Assembly (NCBI GenBank): GCA_964566535.1
Contig: CAZMIO010000001.1
Span: 183,751-247,750 of the forward strand
DNA: 64,000 nucleotides
Source of the DNA: an uncultured Methanosarcinales archaeon
Lineage (GTDB): Archaea > Nanobdellota > Nanobdellia > Woesearchaeales > CAZOXR01
Direction of reading: 5' to 3'
The position numbers and the translations under genes are program-made. Every line of letters starts with the position of its first letter. The first letter of the stretch is position 1. The notes under the pieces were generated by a model. That model saw only the letters and a program-made list of their open reading frames with translations. It ran no database searches and was not told where the DNA came from. Positions 35,514-45,814 of this stretch are shown here, piece after piece.

Positions 35514-36680
35514 TTGTTTATGGCTGGAAAACCAAGAGTTATTCCTGTAACTGCAGGAGGACATATTACTAGTTTTGAAGCTGCTATGTTAGCTTTGCAT
35601 AGGGATTTAAGTGATGATTATGATCTAGAAGCTCCGATTGGAGGAGTTAGAGGTCTTGAAGATGGAGATTTTGAACCGATTGATGTATCATTATTAAATA
35701 TAGATAGAGCTGGAGCCCCATTTGGCGCCGATAGAAATGTTGGAGATATTGAAAAAATTGCTAATAATGTTGATTCTGATGATATTATTGTTATGATGGG
35801 TGGAGATAATCACCTTAAGGTGGGGAAGGAGATGTCTGATGCTGGACTCAATGTTGTAGGGTACCCTAAAACTATGGATGGGGATACAAGTGCGTTTATA
35901 ACTTGCGGATGGGATTCTGCAGTAACTAACTATGCACAAGCTATTAGATTCCATCATACAACTGCAGCAACTTATAGTAGATTATTTTTTGTCCCTATGT
36001 TTGGAAGAGATAGAGATGGAGTAATGATTCCTGCTGCTGCTTATGGTGGAGCTGATATTGGGATTCCCTGTGAAGGTGGAAAATTAAGCTGGCAAGAACA
36101 GATTCTGCCAATGATCCAAGGGGCTTATGACAGAAATGGAGAGAGGTATGGTTATGAGGCAGTTAATAATCCCTTTGCTGTTATTGCAGTTGCCGAGGGT
36201 GCTGTTGTTGAGGAGATTCCTGAACCGCCTGAGCATTTACAAAGCAGAGATAGCCATGGAGAGATAAAGCTACAGCCTGAATGGGTTGCGATGAACCTTG
36301 TTCATCTTGCAAAACAATCTGGACTGGCAGCTGCTCAGCAAACTTATACATATAGTGGAAGGGACACGCCTCCGACTAACACAGATATCTTGCTGTCTCA
36401 GATGGCATGTTTAGAAATAGCTGATATGATTAGAGAAGGAGATTATGGGCAATGTGTAACGTTTGAGCCCCAAGGTACATTTTATAGGGCCTCAAGAGGA
36501 GATTTGGCTGAGGTTGGCCAAAAAAGAACTTTTGTGGATAGTGGGCTTTTTGATTATGAAGCATTGGTACCAAATATTGATGCATTGGAAGCCACTTATG
36601 GGAATTTATTCAGAGGTTCTCTTGGAGGGATTCCAAATAAAGATGATTTGGTATCAAGAACTATGTTAAGAGGAAGATAA
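35514..36680 (+). CDS. Divergent phosphofructokinase-like protein (PFK-A family) (GC-richer)
   Basis: VTAGGH (compare SGGDAPGMN); IVMMGGDNH (compare GGDGS); GYPKTMDGD (compare PKTIDND); VPMFGRD (compare MGR), all collinear with PFK. Confidence 0.4.
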   Translation: MFMAGKPRVIPVTAGGHITSFEAAMLALHRDLSDDYDLEAPIGGVRGLEDGDFEPIDVSLLNIDRAGAPFGADRNVGDIEKIANNVDSDDIIVMMGGDNHLKVGKEMSDAGLNVVGYPKTMDGDTSAFITCGWDSAVTNYAQAIRFHHTTAATYSRLFFVPMFGRDRDGVMIPAAAYGGADIGIPCEGGKLSWQEQILPMIQGAYDRNGERYGYEAVNNPFAVIAVAEGAVVEEIPEPPEHLQSRDSHGEIKLQPEWVAMNLVHLAKQSGLAAAQQTYTYSGRDTPPTNTDILLSQMACLEIADMIREGDYGQCVTFEPQGTFYRASRGDLAEVGQKRTFVDSGLFDYEALVPNIDALEATYGNLFRGSLGGIPNKDDLVSRTMLRGR

Positions 36681-36684
36681 TTTT

Positions 36685-37314
36685 TTATTTTATTTCTTCT
36701 AAATTTATTATTCCAACTTTATCTTCTATTATTCTAGGACAAGCAGTATTAACCCAAGCATCTATGAAAGGGAAGTTTTCTAATTGATTAATGTCTAAGG
36801 TGTCTGTTAGGAAGAGGTATACCGATTTATCTTTGAGTTTGTTCTTTAATGCTATTGCGTTGTTTAGTTGTGATTGGCCTTGTTTTGTTGTTACTAGGAT
36901 TCCTATGTTTTTTGCAGTTAGGAATTTTAGGTAAGCTCCTTTTCTTCTTTTTTTGTATGCTTCTACTTCATCTTTGCTTATTTTTGTTAGTGTTAATGAG
37001 ATGGGGTTTAGGATGAAGATTGGTTTGTTTATATCGAAAGCTAGACCTAATGGATGGAATTCTCCTGTGCCTATGAATAAGAAGCAGTCAACTTTGTTTT
37101 TGATCTTAGCTGCTTTTGAGAAATTGCATCCAATTATTTGTCCCCCTATAATGGCTGTCTTGTATTCTTTTGTTAACTGTCTTTTAATTGAAGGTAAGTT
37201 GTGTAGGAATTGGATAGTTGAGACTAAGCCTACTTTTTTTGGTAGTTTGCTTATTATTGAGCTGGTTAGTTTTACGATACCTTTGTGTTTTGCTTCTATG
37301 AATACTGTTTTCAT
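36685..37314 (-). CDS. dph2: Diphthamide synthesis protein Dph2 homolog, N-terminally truncated
   Basis: IIGCNFS; FIGTGEFHPLGLA; LENFPFIDAWVNTACPRI are collinear with archaeal Dph2 domains 2-3; the protein is about 209 aa versus about 340 aa for full-length Dph2. Confidence 0.6.
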   Translation of the reverse strand: MKTVFIEAKHKGIVKLTSSIISKLPKKVGLVSTIQFLHNLPSIKRQLTKEYKTAIIGGQIIGCNFSKAAKIKNKVDCFLFIGTGEFHPLGLAFDINKPIFILNPISLTLTKISKDEVEAYKKRRKGAYLKFLTAKNIGILVTTKQGQSQLNNAIALKNKLKDKSVYLFLTDTLDINQLENFPFIDAWVNTACPRIIEDKVGIINLEEIK

Positions 37315-37436
37315 GTTATGATAGATGTAATAAGAAGTATATAAGAATTTTGATATTTGAATAAGAACTAATCTTTTTGTTTGTTAATTCTGTTTTTAGG
37401 GAAAGTTTTTTAAAAACTATAAATAATAATCAAAAT

Positions 37437-37775
37437 ATGAGAGCAAGAAGTTACTTATTGGTTTATGCTTGTGCAATATCTGTTGTAGCTACTGTTTCCC
37501 TTGCCTCCATCTACTCCACCCTATGTGAAATTCGTGATGATGTTGCAGTAATACCAGAAATCTATGCCCACATTAATGGAATAGAGGATTCAGTAGATGA
37601 GATGGCAGGAATACCAAATGCTGTTAGTGGAATTAAGGCATCAGTAGATGAGATGGCAGGTAGGACAGATAGGATTGATGGTATGCTTGCTGATATTGTA
37701 GATCACAGAGAACAAAGAGTTGGTGAATTAGGAACAATAGTTGATGATGCGTACAAACCACCTGAAAACCAATAA
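37437..37775 (+). CDS. Small membrane-anchored protein with tandem SVDEMAG repeats
   Basis: TM LLVYACAISVVATVSLASI, then (D/A)SVDEMAG(I/R) twice; the ORF opens at TTG 37377 but ATG 37437 is the likely start. Confidence 0.35.
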   Translation: MRARSYLLVYACAISVVATVSLASIYSTLCEIRDDVAVIPEIYAHINGIEDSVDEMAGIPNAVSGIKASVDEMAGRTDRIDGMLADIVDHREQRVGELGTIVDDAYKPPENQ

Positions 37776-37838
37776 CTTCTTTAGAATGAAACTACAACAA
37801 GAATGAGAACAATTCTTTAACCTTAACTTCAACTCAAA

Positions 37839-39587
37839 TTGAAGTCTTCGCTAGGTATTTATATATGCTTATCTATACTGGTTCTTACAATGAAACAAAA
37901 CAAAATCATGGTCGGGATAATTGCTTTAATTGCTTTAGTTTTTTTTGTTAATCTGTTAGTGCCTAGTGGGAAAGTAGATAATTGGAAGTATAGTGGTGGT
38001 GGAGGCATGGATTCTTTTGGTACGGTTGTTCAGAGTATTGGTGGTGGGATAATGAGTAAAAGTGGTTCTTTTGCAGCAGAAGCTTCAATGGGTGGGAGTA
38101 TTGGTTTTTCAGCTGGCGGTGCTAAAGATATTAATAATTTCAGAGAGAATATTGAGAATGGTTATTTTCCAATGCTTACAGATATAACTTATGAAGGATT
38201 ATTCTATGATTACTACTTTGAAACTGGACAGGAAGATAAATGTGATGAGTTATTTTGTCCATCTTATTCGTATGCTATTTCAAAAGATCCATTTTCTGGT
38301 GAAGATGAATATTATTTGTCAGTTGGACTTAATTCTGGCATTAAAGAGAGTGATTTTGCTAGGAAGAAGTTGAACTTAATTGTTGTATTAGATATATCTG
38401 GTTCAATGACTTCTTCGTTTGATAGATATTACTATGATCAGTTTGGAAATGAAGTGATTAATGAAGAAGAAATGCGAAAAAGCAAGATGGAAGTTGCTAA
38501 GGAAGCAATTGTTGATCTATTAGGGCATTTAGAAGATGATGATAGGTTTGGGATGGTTTTATTTGATGACTCTGCATATCTTGCAAAGCCCATGTCTAAG
38601 GTTTCTGATACTGATATGGGTGCTATTGAAGACCATATCATGGAATTAAGTCCACAAGGTGGAACTAATATGGAATCCGGTATGAAGATGGGGACTCAGC
38701 AGTTTAAGGAGTTATTATTTGTTGATACAACTGAGTATGAGAACAGAATTATCTTTTTAACAGATGCTATGCCTAATACTGGGAGAGTTGATAAGGATAG
38801 TTTGATAGGAATGGCCAAGGATAATGCTGATGATAAGATATTTACAACTTTTATTGGTATTGGGGTTGACTTTAATACTGAACTTATTGAACATATGACT
38901 AAGATTAAGGGTGCTAACTATTACTCTGTGCATAACTCTAAAGAATTTAAAGAAAGAATGGATGAGGGTTTTGAGTATATGGTTACTCCTTTAGTGTTTG
39001 ATTTGAAGCTTGTGTTAGAAGCAGATGGTTATGAGATTGAAAAGGTGTATGGTAGTCCTGAAGCTGATGAAGCAACCGGGGAAATAATGAAAGTAAATAC
39101 CTTATTTCCTTCAAAATCAGAAGATGGTGAAGTTAAGGGTGGAATTGTTGTTTTGAAGCTGAAGAAAACTTCTGCTTCAGGTGAGTTGAAGTTGAAGGTG
39201 AGTTATGAAGATAGAGAAGGTAATAAGGAAAGTGATGAAAAGGAGGTTGAGTTTGGTGATTCGGATGCTGATTACTTTCAGAACAAAGGGATAAGGAAAG
39301 GTGTATTGTTAGCTAGGTACGCTAACTTGATGAAGAACTGGATCTATGATGAGAGGACAGAGAGAGTTGTCTTTAATCCAACTGTTAATAGTGATGATGG
39401 GATTGTTGTTCCTGAATTTAGTATGTTAGGCAGATGGGAAAGACAATCAGTTGATTTGAAAGTTTCAAACAGTTATGAGGAATTGTTTGAAGAGTTTATA
39501 GAATACTTTGAAGAAGAGATGGAAGAGATTGGAGGTGACAGTTTGAAGAAAGAGGTTGAGGTTATGGAGAGGTTGGTTGAGAATTGA
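37839..39587 (+). CDS. Secreted/membrane vWA domain protein
   Basis: N-terminal TM; MIDAS LIVVLDISGSMTS...FLTDAMPNTG. Confidence 0.6.
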   Translation: MKSSLGIYICLSILVLTMKQNKIMVGIIALIALVFFVNLLVPSGKVDNWKYSGGGGMDSFGTVVQSIGGGIMSKSGSFAAEASMGGSIGFSAGGAKDINNFRENIENGYFPMLTDITYEGLFYDYYFETGQEDKCDELFCPSYSYAISKDPFSGEDEYYLSVGLNSGIKESDFARKKLNLIVVLDISGSMTSSFDRYYYDQFGNEVINEEEMRKSKMEVAKEAIVDLLGHLEDDDRFGMVLFDDSAYLAKPMSKVSDTDMGAIEDHIMELSPQGGTNMESGMKMGTQQFKELLFVDTTEYENRIIFLTDAMPNTGRVDKDSLIGMAKDNADDKIFTTFIGIGVDFNTELIEHMTKIKGANYYSVHNSKEFKERMDEGFEYMVTPLVFDLKLVLEADGYEIEKVYGSPEADEATGEIMKVNTLFPSKSEDGEVKGGIVVLKLKKTSASGELKLKVSYEDREGNKESDEKEVEFGDSDADYFQNKGIRKGVLLARYANLMKNWIYDERTERVVFNPTVNSDDGIVVPEFSMLGRWERQSVDLKVSNSYEELFEEFIEYFEEEMEEIGGDSLKKEVEVMERLVEN

Positions 39588-40424
39588 TTAATTTTCAATT
39601 TCTTTTTTCTTTTTTTCAGTTAAGTGAAGATAATTTTCTTTTGAAGTTATGGATTTACCTGTCTTTTGCTCAATCTCCTTTCGTGTGTTTTTAGCTATCG
39701 TTCCTCCTTCAACAGCTGAGTGTTTACATTCACTAAATCCCTTGGAATCCTTTGAGACAGTGATATCAGTAGTTGCCTTTTCTCCAACCATTGTCAGTAT
39801 CAATTCCCAATCAGTCATATGGTCTCTTAGGTTTTGATTGTTGCGCTTTAAGCTTTTGAATTTCTTATATTCTTCAGTAGTCTTGTCAAATGTAGCTCTT
39901 GAAATCTCATTTGTGAGTATTGTGAATTCTTTTTGATTTTCTATATCTCTATTTTTCCATTCTTCAGTCAATTCCTGCCTTACTGCAATGCCCCTTAGCC
40001 TTTTATCAATCCAGTCTTTAGGGTAGCCTTTTAATTCATAGTATTCTTTTACTCTGTTTTGAGCTAACTCTGGGTTTTCTATCTCTTGGATTCTGTCATA
40101 ACCTACTTTTGCCAACCACCTTTTGAATGGTTCTGCTTTTGAAGACGGAATTGACTGAATTATACGAAATATGCCTTCTGTATTGGCACAATTCATGCTT
40201 TGAGATCCTCCAGAAGTAGGAATCGAAAGGGTATGTACAAATTGTACCCACCCTTTAGAAAGCTCTTCATCTCTTGTTCTCATTTTGCTAATATACTGCT
40301 TTGGGTCTTTGGAATCAGTAAGCACAAATACAATATCTTCTATTACAAACCACCACTCATCCTTAAACCAAGTTCTTCTAATATCTTTTCCTTGAAATAC
40401 AACTAATGCTTTGTTTTGGTCCAT
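39588..40424 (-). CDS. Bro-N domain protein, paralog 2
   Basis: MDQNKALVVFQGKDIRRTWFKDEWWFVIEDIVFVLT...RIIQSIPSSKAEPFKRWLAKVGYDRIQEIENPELAQ; the conserved stretches are near-identical to those of 11206..12042. Confidence 0.55.
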   Translation of the reverse strand: MDQNKALVVFQGKDIRRTWFKDEWWFVIEDIVFVLTDSKDPKQYISKMRTRDEELSKGWVQFVHTLSIPTSGGSQSMNCANTEGIFRIIQSIPSSKAEPFKRWLAKVGYDRIQEIENPELAQNRVKEYYELKGYPKDWIDKRLRGIAVRQELTEEWKNRDIENQKEFTILTNEISRATFDKTTEEYKKFKSLKRNNQNLRDHMTDWELILTMVGEKATTDITVSKDSKGFSECKHSAVEGGTIAKNTRKEIEQKTGKSITSKENYLHLTEKKKKEIEN

Positions 40425-40463
40425 TTTAAAGAAAACTAACTTAAGAATATGGGGAGTGTAGAT

Positions 40464-40497
40464 ATTTATAAATTTTCCGGGGGTGTTTGTCCAGTGG
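40464..40497. promoter_or_regulatory. Family-1 upstream module, copy D (degenerate), 5' of Bro-N paralog 2
   Basis: TATTTATAAATTTTCCGGGGGTGTTTGTCCAGTGG; the flanking ATG context is also shared with copy A. Confidence 0.55.
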
Positions 40498-40577
40498 TAT
40501 GCTTAAAATAACCCTTCTTCTGTTACTATAACAACAAATTTTATAAATATCTAGTAATTTTCCTTTATTAGTTATTA

Positions 40578-43214
40578 ATGGAGGGATTTACTATGACAAA
40601 GAAATACGTATACTCGTTTAAAGAAGGAAAGAAAGAGATGAAGGAAGAGTTGGGTGGTAAGGGTGCTAACCTTGCTGAGATGACTTCAATAGGTATTCCT
40701 GTACCTCCTGGATTTACAATTTCAACTGATGCGTGTGCTGAATATTATGAGAATGATAAGAAATATCCCGATAATCTACAAAAACAGGTAGATGATAAGT
40801 TAGAAGAGTTAGAAAAGGAGATGGATGCTAAGTTAGGGGATAATGAGAACCCACTTTTAGTTTCAGTTAGGTCAGGGGCTGCTGTATCAATGCCCGGTAT
40901 GATGGATACTGTACTTAATTTAGGTCTTAATGATAGTTCTGTTCAAGGTTTAATCAAGAAAACAGGCAATGAGCGGTTTGCTTGGGATTCATACAGAAGA
41001 TTCATCAACATGTTTGGAAATGTTGTTATGGATGTTCCTCACAAACACTTTGAAGAAGTTATAGAGAAAGCAAAAGCTACAAAAGGTGTTGAAGTTGATA
41101 CTGAGCTAGATGCTGAGGATTTGAAAAATGTTTGTGAAGGCTATAAAGAAGTTGTTCAGAAGCATGCTGGGGAAATGTTTCCTGAAGATCCTAGAGAACA
41201 GCTTAAAATGTCAATTGATGCTGTCTTTAATTCATGGAATTGCAAGAGGGCTATAATTTACAGAAAGATCAATAATATTACTGGGTTAAATGGAACTGCT
41301 GTTAATGTTCAGACAATGGTTTTTGGTAATATGGGAGAAACATCTGGAACTGGAGTTTGCTTTACGAGGGATCCTTCAACTGGAGAGAATAAGTTTTATG
41401 GTGAATTCTTAATGAATGCTCAGGGAGAGGATGTTGTAGCTGGAATTAGAACGCCTCAACCAATTATTGAACTTAAGGAGATTATGGATGAGAATTATGA
41501 AGAATTAGTGAAGATTAGAGAGAAGTTGGAGAAGCACTACAAGGATATGCAGGATATTGAGTTTACAATTCAAGATAAGAAGCTGTACATCTTACAGACA
41601 AGGAGTGGAAAGAGAACTGCTCAAGCAGCTATTAAGATGGCTATTGATATGGTTGAAGAGAAGTTAATAGACAAGGAAACTGCTTTACTTAGAATTGATC
41701 CAGAGCAGTTAAATCATTTACTTCACAAACAATTAGATCCTATCGGCAAAGAGAAAGCTGAGGTTATTGCAAAAGGACTTCCTGCTTCACCTGGAGCTGC
41801 TGTTGGAGTTGCTGCTTTTACAGCTGAGGATGCTGCTAGGTTTGCTGAAGAGGGTGAAAAGGTAATATTAGTAAGGAATGAAACTTCACCTGAAGATATT
41901 GAAGGTATGGATGCTTCTCAAGGTATTTTAACTGCTAAGGGTGGGATGACAAGTCATGCGGCTGTTGTAGCAAGAGGTATGGGAAAGTGCTGTGTAGCAG
42001 GATGTGCTGATATTATTGTTAATGAAAAGACTAAAGAATTTAGTGTTGATGGTACTATAGTTAAGGAAAAGGACTGGATAACACTTGATGGTTCAGCTGG
42101 AGAAGTTATGTTAGGACAAGTTCCAGTTACAGATCCAGAACTAAGTGGAGATTTTGGTGTACTAATGGAATGGGCTGATGAAGTCAGGAAATTAGGTATT
42201 AGAACAAATGCTGACACTCCTAAGGATTCTAAAGTTGCTCTGAAGTTTGGAGCTGAAGGAATTGGACTTTGTAGAACAGAACATATGTTCTTTGAAGGTG
42301 AAAGGATTAAAGCAGTTAGGGAAATGATCTTGTCTGATGATTTGGAAGGAAGGAAGAAGGCACTTGCTAAATTATTGCCATTCCAGAAAGCTGACTTTAA
42401 GGGATTGTTTGAGGTTATGGAAGGCAAACCAGTTAAGATTAGAACTTTGGATCCACCATTACATGAATTTTTGCCTAAGGAAGAGGCTGATATTAAAGAG
42501 ATTGCTGAAGAATTAGGTGTATCACTTGAAAAGTTGAAAGAGAAGATTGAAGGTTTACATGAATTTAATCCTATGTTAGGTCATAGAGGATGTAGATTAG
42601 GAATAACTTACCCAGAGATTACTGAGATGCAGGCTAGAGCGATAATTGAGGCGGCTTGTGAAGTAGTTTTGGAGAAGAAAATCAAGGTCTATCCTGAAAT
42701 AATGATTCCTTTGGTTGGAAATGTTAAAGAATTAGAGAATCAGAAGAAATTAGTTGTTAAGGTTGCTAAGGAAGTGATGAAAGAGAAGGGAGTTGAAATA
42801 GATTATGAAGTTGGAACTATGATTGAGATTCCTAGGGCTGCATTAACGGCTGATGAGATTGCTCTCGAAGCTGACTTCTTTTCATTTGGGACTAATGATC
42901 TTACGCAGATGGCATGTGGATTTTCAAGGGATGATTCAGGAACGTTCTTAGGCGAATATGTTGATATGGGAATCTATCCAAGAGATCCTTTCCAAGCTAT
43001 TGATCAGACTGGAGTTGGAGAATTGATGAAGATTTGTGTTGAGAAGGCTAGGAAAGTAAAGCCTAAGATGCATATTGGAATCTGTGGAGAACATGGTGGA
43101 GAGCCTTCTTCAGTAGAGTTTTGCCACAGAATCGGTCTTGATTATGTAAGCTGTAGTCCCTTTAGGGTTCCTATTGCTAGGTTAGCTGCTGCTCAGGCAG
43201 CTTTGCGTAAATAA
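40578..43214 (+). CDS. ppdK: Pyruvate, phosphate dikinase
   Basis: [20 protein letters not shown]; phospho-His domain [16 protein letters not shown]; 878 aa; the start may be Met-6 (40593). Confidence 0.85.
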   Translation: MEGFTMTKKYVYSFKEGKKEMKEELGGKGANLAEMTSIGIPVPPGFTISTDACAEYYENDKKYPDNLQKQVDDKLEELEKEMDAKLGDNENPLLVSVRSGAAVSMPGMMDTVLNLGLNDSSVQGLIKKTGNERFAWDSYRRFINMFGNVVMDVPHKHFEEVIEKAKATKGVEVDTELDAEDLKNVCEGYKEVVQKHAGEMFPEDPREQLKMSIDAVFNSWNCKRAIIYRKINNITGLNGTAVNVQTMVFGNMGETSGTGVCFTRDPSTGENKFYGEFLMNAQGEDVVAGIRTPQPIIELKEIMDENYEELVKIREKLEKHYKDMQDIEFTIQDKKLYILQTRSGKRTAQAAIKMAIDMVEEKLIDKETALLRIDPEQLNHLLHKQLDPIGKEKAEVIAKGLPASPGAAVGVAAFTAEDAARFAEEGEKVILVRNETSPEDIEGMDASQGILTAKGGMTSHAAVVARGMGKCCVAGCADIIVNEKTKEFSVDGTIVKEKDWITLDGSAGEVMLGQVPVTDPELSGDFGVLMEWADEVRKLGIRTNADTPKDSKVALKFGAEGIGLCRTEHMFFEGERIKAVREMILSDDLEGRKKALAKLLPFQKADFKGLFEVMEGKPVKIRTLDPPLHEFLPKEEADIKEIAEELGVSLEKLKEKIEGLHEFNPMLGHRGCRLGITYPEITEMQARAIIEAACEVVLEKKIKVYPEIMIPLVGNVKELENQKKLVVKVAKEVMKEKGVEIDYEVGTMIEIPRAALTADEIALEADFFSFGTNDLTQMACGFSRDDSGTFLGEYVDMGIYPRDPFQAIDQTGVGELMKICVEKARKVKPKMHIGICGEHGGEPSSVEFCHRIGLDYVSCSPFRVPIARLAAAQAALRK

Positions 43215-43228
43215 ATTTGTCTTAATAG

Positions 43229-43933
43229 GTGAGGTGGTTTAGGATGGAAATGGAAGAGGAAAAAATAACTATTGCTGTAAATAAACAAACCTGGGATGAA
43301 TTTAAGGGCTATTGTACTAATAATGCGTTTAAGCTTTCTAAGAAGATTGAGTTAATGATGAGGGAAGAGATTGAGAGAGGTCCCAAGACTAAGAATTTGA
43401 TTGATGTCTTCAAGGAGATTCTTAATAAACAGAAGAATGTGATGAATAATCATAAATTAGTTGAGCCTGCTCATGAGCCTAAATCTGTTGATAGAGTTGA
43501 GGAAGATAAGTTGATTGCACAGAGAGCTAAAGAAGTTAAGGTACCGGAAATAAGACCTTATGGTGTTAGGCAAGAGGTTCCGGAAGAGGAGCCTGAGGAT
43601 GATTCCGAGGAAGGGGGAGAGGTTGAGAAAGAGAAACCTTCTGTTGCTAGGGCCATATTTGAGAAGTATGTTATGAAGAGGGAGGAGACTCCTCCAAAGA
43701 TTGTTCCTTACGATGATACCATAAATAATGATGATAAGCCGTTAAGTGGTTACACAGAAGGTCCAAGGATAACTAAGGCTACCCAGGAAGAAGAGCAGAC
43801 TGCTGTAAAGCCAATAACAAAAGATGTAATGCCTCCTGAAGAAGAGTCAGTTGAAGATGATAATCCTAAGATGATGGGCAATTATAGAGATGCTCCTACA
43901 ATAGATCAGTTGATGCAGAAAAGGAAGGGGTAA
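43229..43933 (+). CDS. Hypothetical acidic protein
   Basis: ORF; E/D/P-rich C-terminal half. Confidence 0.35.
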   Translation: MRWFRMEMEEEKITIAVNKQTWDEFKGYCTNNAFKLSKKIELMMREEIERGPKTKNLIDVFKEILNKQKNVMNNHKLVEPAHEPKSVDRVEEDKLIAQRAKEVKVPEIRPYGVRQEVPEEEPEDDSEEGGEVEKEKPSVARAIFEKYVMKREETPPKIVPYDDTINNDDKPLSGYTEGPRITKATQEEEQTAVKPITKDVMPPEEESVEDDNPKMMGNYRDAPTIDQLMQKRKG

Positions 43934-43936
43934 AAA

Positions 43937-44056
43937 CGCGCCGAGGAAGATTCGAACTCCCGACCTATAGCTTAGGAGGCTATCGCTCTTTTTGGCTTCG
44001 CCAAAATCTTCTCGAACTTTGGGTTCTTCGAAGTATCCAAGCTGAGCTACCGGCGC
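43937..44056 (-). tRNA. tRNA-Arg (anticodon CCU) with a roughly 44-nt non-canonical intron in the D-loop
   Basis: Minus strand: GCGCCGG-UA-GCUC-AGCUUGGAUA-[CUUCGAAG...UUUUGGCGAAGCCAAAAA]-GAGC-G-AUAGC-CUCCUAA-GCUAU-AGGUC-GGGAG-UUCGAAU-CUUCC-UCGGCGC-G. Confidence 0.55.
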
Positions 44057-44112
44057 ATAGGAATAGGGTCTTTGGGAAGGTTTTTATAAGTTTTTGTTTT
44101 CATATTCTAAAT

Positions 44113-45054
44113 ATGTATATTATTAAGCAGATTCCAGAGGATTTTGTAGTTAAGGAAGTAAGCAATATTGAGGTTAAGGAAGTAGGGGGCTATTCTTACT
44201 ACAGGTTGAAGAAGAAGGATTATACTACGGTTAAGGCTGTTGAGCTAGTTGGTAATAAGTTAAGGGTTCCTGTTAAGAATATTGGTTTTGCTGGTTCTAA
44301 GGATAGAAGGGCAGTTACTGAGCAGATGATTTCTATTAAGAATTGTAATATTAAGGAATTGGTGTTAGATGGAATTAAAATAGAATTTGTTGGGAGGGGG
44401 GATGTGCCGATCTCGTTAGGGGAATTAGAAGGTAATGAGTTTGAGATAGTTATTAGGGAAGTTGAGGAAAAACCTGAGAAACTAGATAAGTTTGTTAATT
44501 ATTTTGGAGATCAAAGGTTTTCTAAAAATAATGTTGAAATTGGTAAGTTAATTGTTAAGAAGAAGTTTAAGGATGCTGCTAAATTGTTGGTCGAGAATGA
44601 GACTAATGAGAAGTATAGCGAATATTTAGCTAAGAATCCAAATGATTCTATTGGAATGTTGAGGAAGATTCCTAAAAAGATTCTGATAATGTATGTTCAT
44701 GCGTTTCAATCTTATGTTTGGAATGAAAGTGTAAAGAAATTAGGGGGTAGTGTAGATAAAATACCCATTGTTGGATTTGGTACTGAGTTTGAAAATGGTG
44801 AAGTTGAAAGGGTTGTTGAAGATATTCTAGAAAAGGAAGATGTTAGTTTAAGGGATTTTATTATTAGGGAAATTCCAGAACTAAGTTCGGATGGGACTGA
44901 AAGGGATGTTTATGTTGAAATTAAGGATTTAGAGATTTCTGGACTAGAAGATGATGAACTTAACAAAGGAAAAAAGAAAGTAAAATTAAAGTTTAAGTTA
45001 AACAAGGGCTGTTATGCAACCGAGGTTGTTAAGGCATTATTTGAGAGCAACTAA
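44113..45054 (+). CDS. truD: tRNA pseudouridine synthase TruD/Pus7 family
   Basis: PEDFVVKEV; GFAGSKDRRAVTEQMIS (catalytic Asp motif). Confidence 0.75.
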   Translation: MYIIKQIPEDFVVKEVSNIEVKEVGGYSYYRLKKKDYTTVKAVELVGNKLRVPVKNIGFAGSKDRRAVTEQMISIKNCNIKELVLDGIKIEFVGRGDVPISLGELEGNEFEIVIREVEEKPEKLDKFVNYFGDQRFSKNNVEIGKLIVKKKFKDAAKLLVENETNEKYSEYLAKNPNDSIGMLRKIPKKILIMYVHAFQSYVWNESVKKLGGSVDKIPIVGFGTEFENGEVERVVEDILEKEDVSLRDFIIREIPELSSDGTERDVYVEIKDLEISGLEDDELNKGKKKVKLKFKLNKGCYATEVVKALFESN

Positions 45055-45654
45055 AACATCTTTGAATATGCCATCCAATGGTTTTTCTGTATCAACATCT
45101 TTGAGTAGCCCTTTTTCTTTGTAGAAGTCAATCAAAGGTTCGGTTTGTTGTTCATAGACTTCTAAGCGTTTCTTAATTGCTTTTGGTTGGTCGTCTGCTC
45201 TTTGGTAGAGTTCTCCACTGCATTTATCACATACTCCTTCGACATTTGGTGGGATGTTTTTTATATGGAAAATAGCGCGGCATTTCCTGCATGTTCTTCT
45301 GCCAGATAATCTCTGGATTATTGTTTCTTCATTTGCTAGGAAATGAATTACATGGTCAATTTCTGACAGAGCTTCTGCTTGCGGAACGGTTCTTGGGAAA
45401 CCATCAAGAATAAATCCTTTTTTACAGTCGTCTTCTTGTATCCTTTCTTTTAAGAAATTGATGATTAGTTCATCTGGAACTAATTGGCCAGAATCCATGT
45501 AGGATTTTGCTTGATTTCCCAACTCAGTATCTTGTTTTATTTCTTCTCTTAATAAATCTCCAGTAGAAATCTGAGGGATTTTCTTTTTTTCCATGACAAA
45601 TTTTGCCACTGTTCCCTTGCCAACTCCTGGTGGTCCTAAAAAAATTAAGTTCAT
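45037..45654 (-). CDS. adk: Adenylate kinase (with Zn-finger lid)
   Basis: GPPGVGKGT; ISTGDLLR; DGFPRT; CRKC...CDKC. Confidence 0.85.
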   Translation of the reverse strand: MNLIFLGPPGVGKGTVAKFVMEKKKIPQISTGDLLREEIKQDTELGNQAKSYMDSGQLVPDELIINFLKERIQEDDCKKGFILDGFPRTVPQAEALSEIDHVIHFLANEETIIQRLSGRRTCRKCRAIFHIKNIPPNVEGVCDKCSGELYQRADDQPKAIKKRLEVYEQQTEPLIDFYKEKGLLKDVDTEKPLDGIFKDVLVALK

Positions 45655-45680
45655 CTTGTCGCCTCCTTTAAATAAATAAA

Positions 45681-45768
45681 AGCCCCCGGGGAGAGTTGAA
45701 CTCCCGACCTGCTGATTGCTTGCTTTGTAGCTACAAGTCAGCCGCTATAGCCACTAAGCCACGGAGGC
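45681..45768 (-). tRNA. tRNA-Thr (anticodon UGU) with a roughly 15-nt intron at 37/38
   Basis: Minus strand: GCCUCCG-UG-GCUU...GCUGA-CUUGUA-[GCUACAAAGCAAGCA]-A-UCAGC-AGGUC-GGGAG-UUCAACU-CUCCC-CGGGGGC-U. Confidence 0.6.
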
Positions 45769-45814
45769 AATTAAATAGTTAAGAAGAAATAGTTCATTTA
45801 TAAAATTTACTATA

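Noticed and set aside
43229-43933. An acidic protein after ppdK, considered as a possible ribosomal, chaperone or nucleoid protein.
   Set aside because: No recognisable motif, so it is left as hypothetical.
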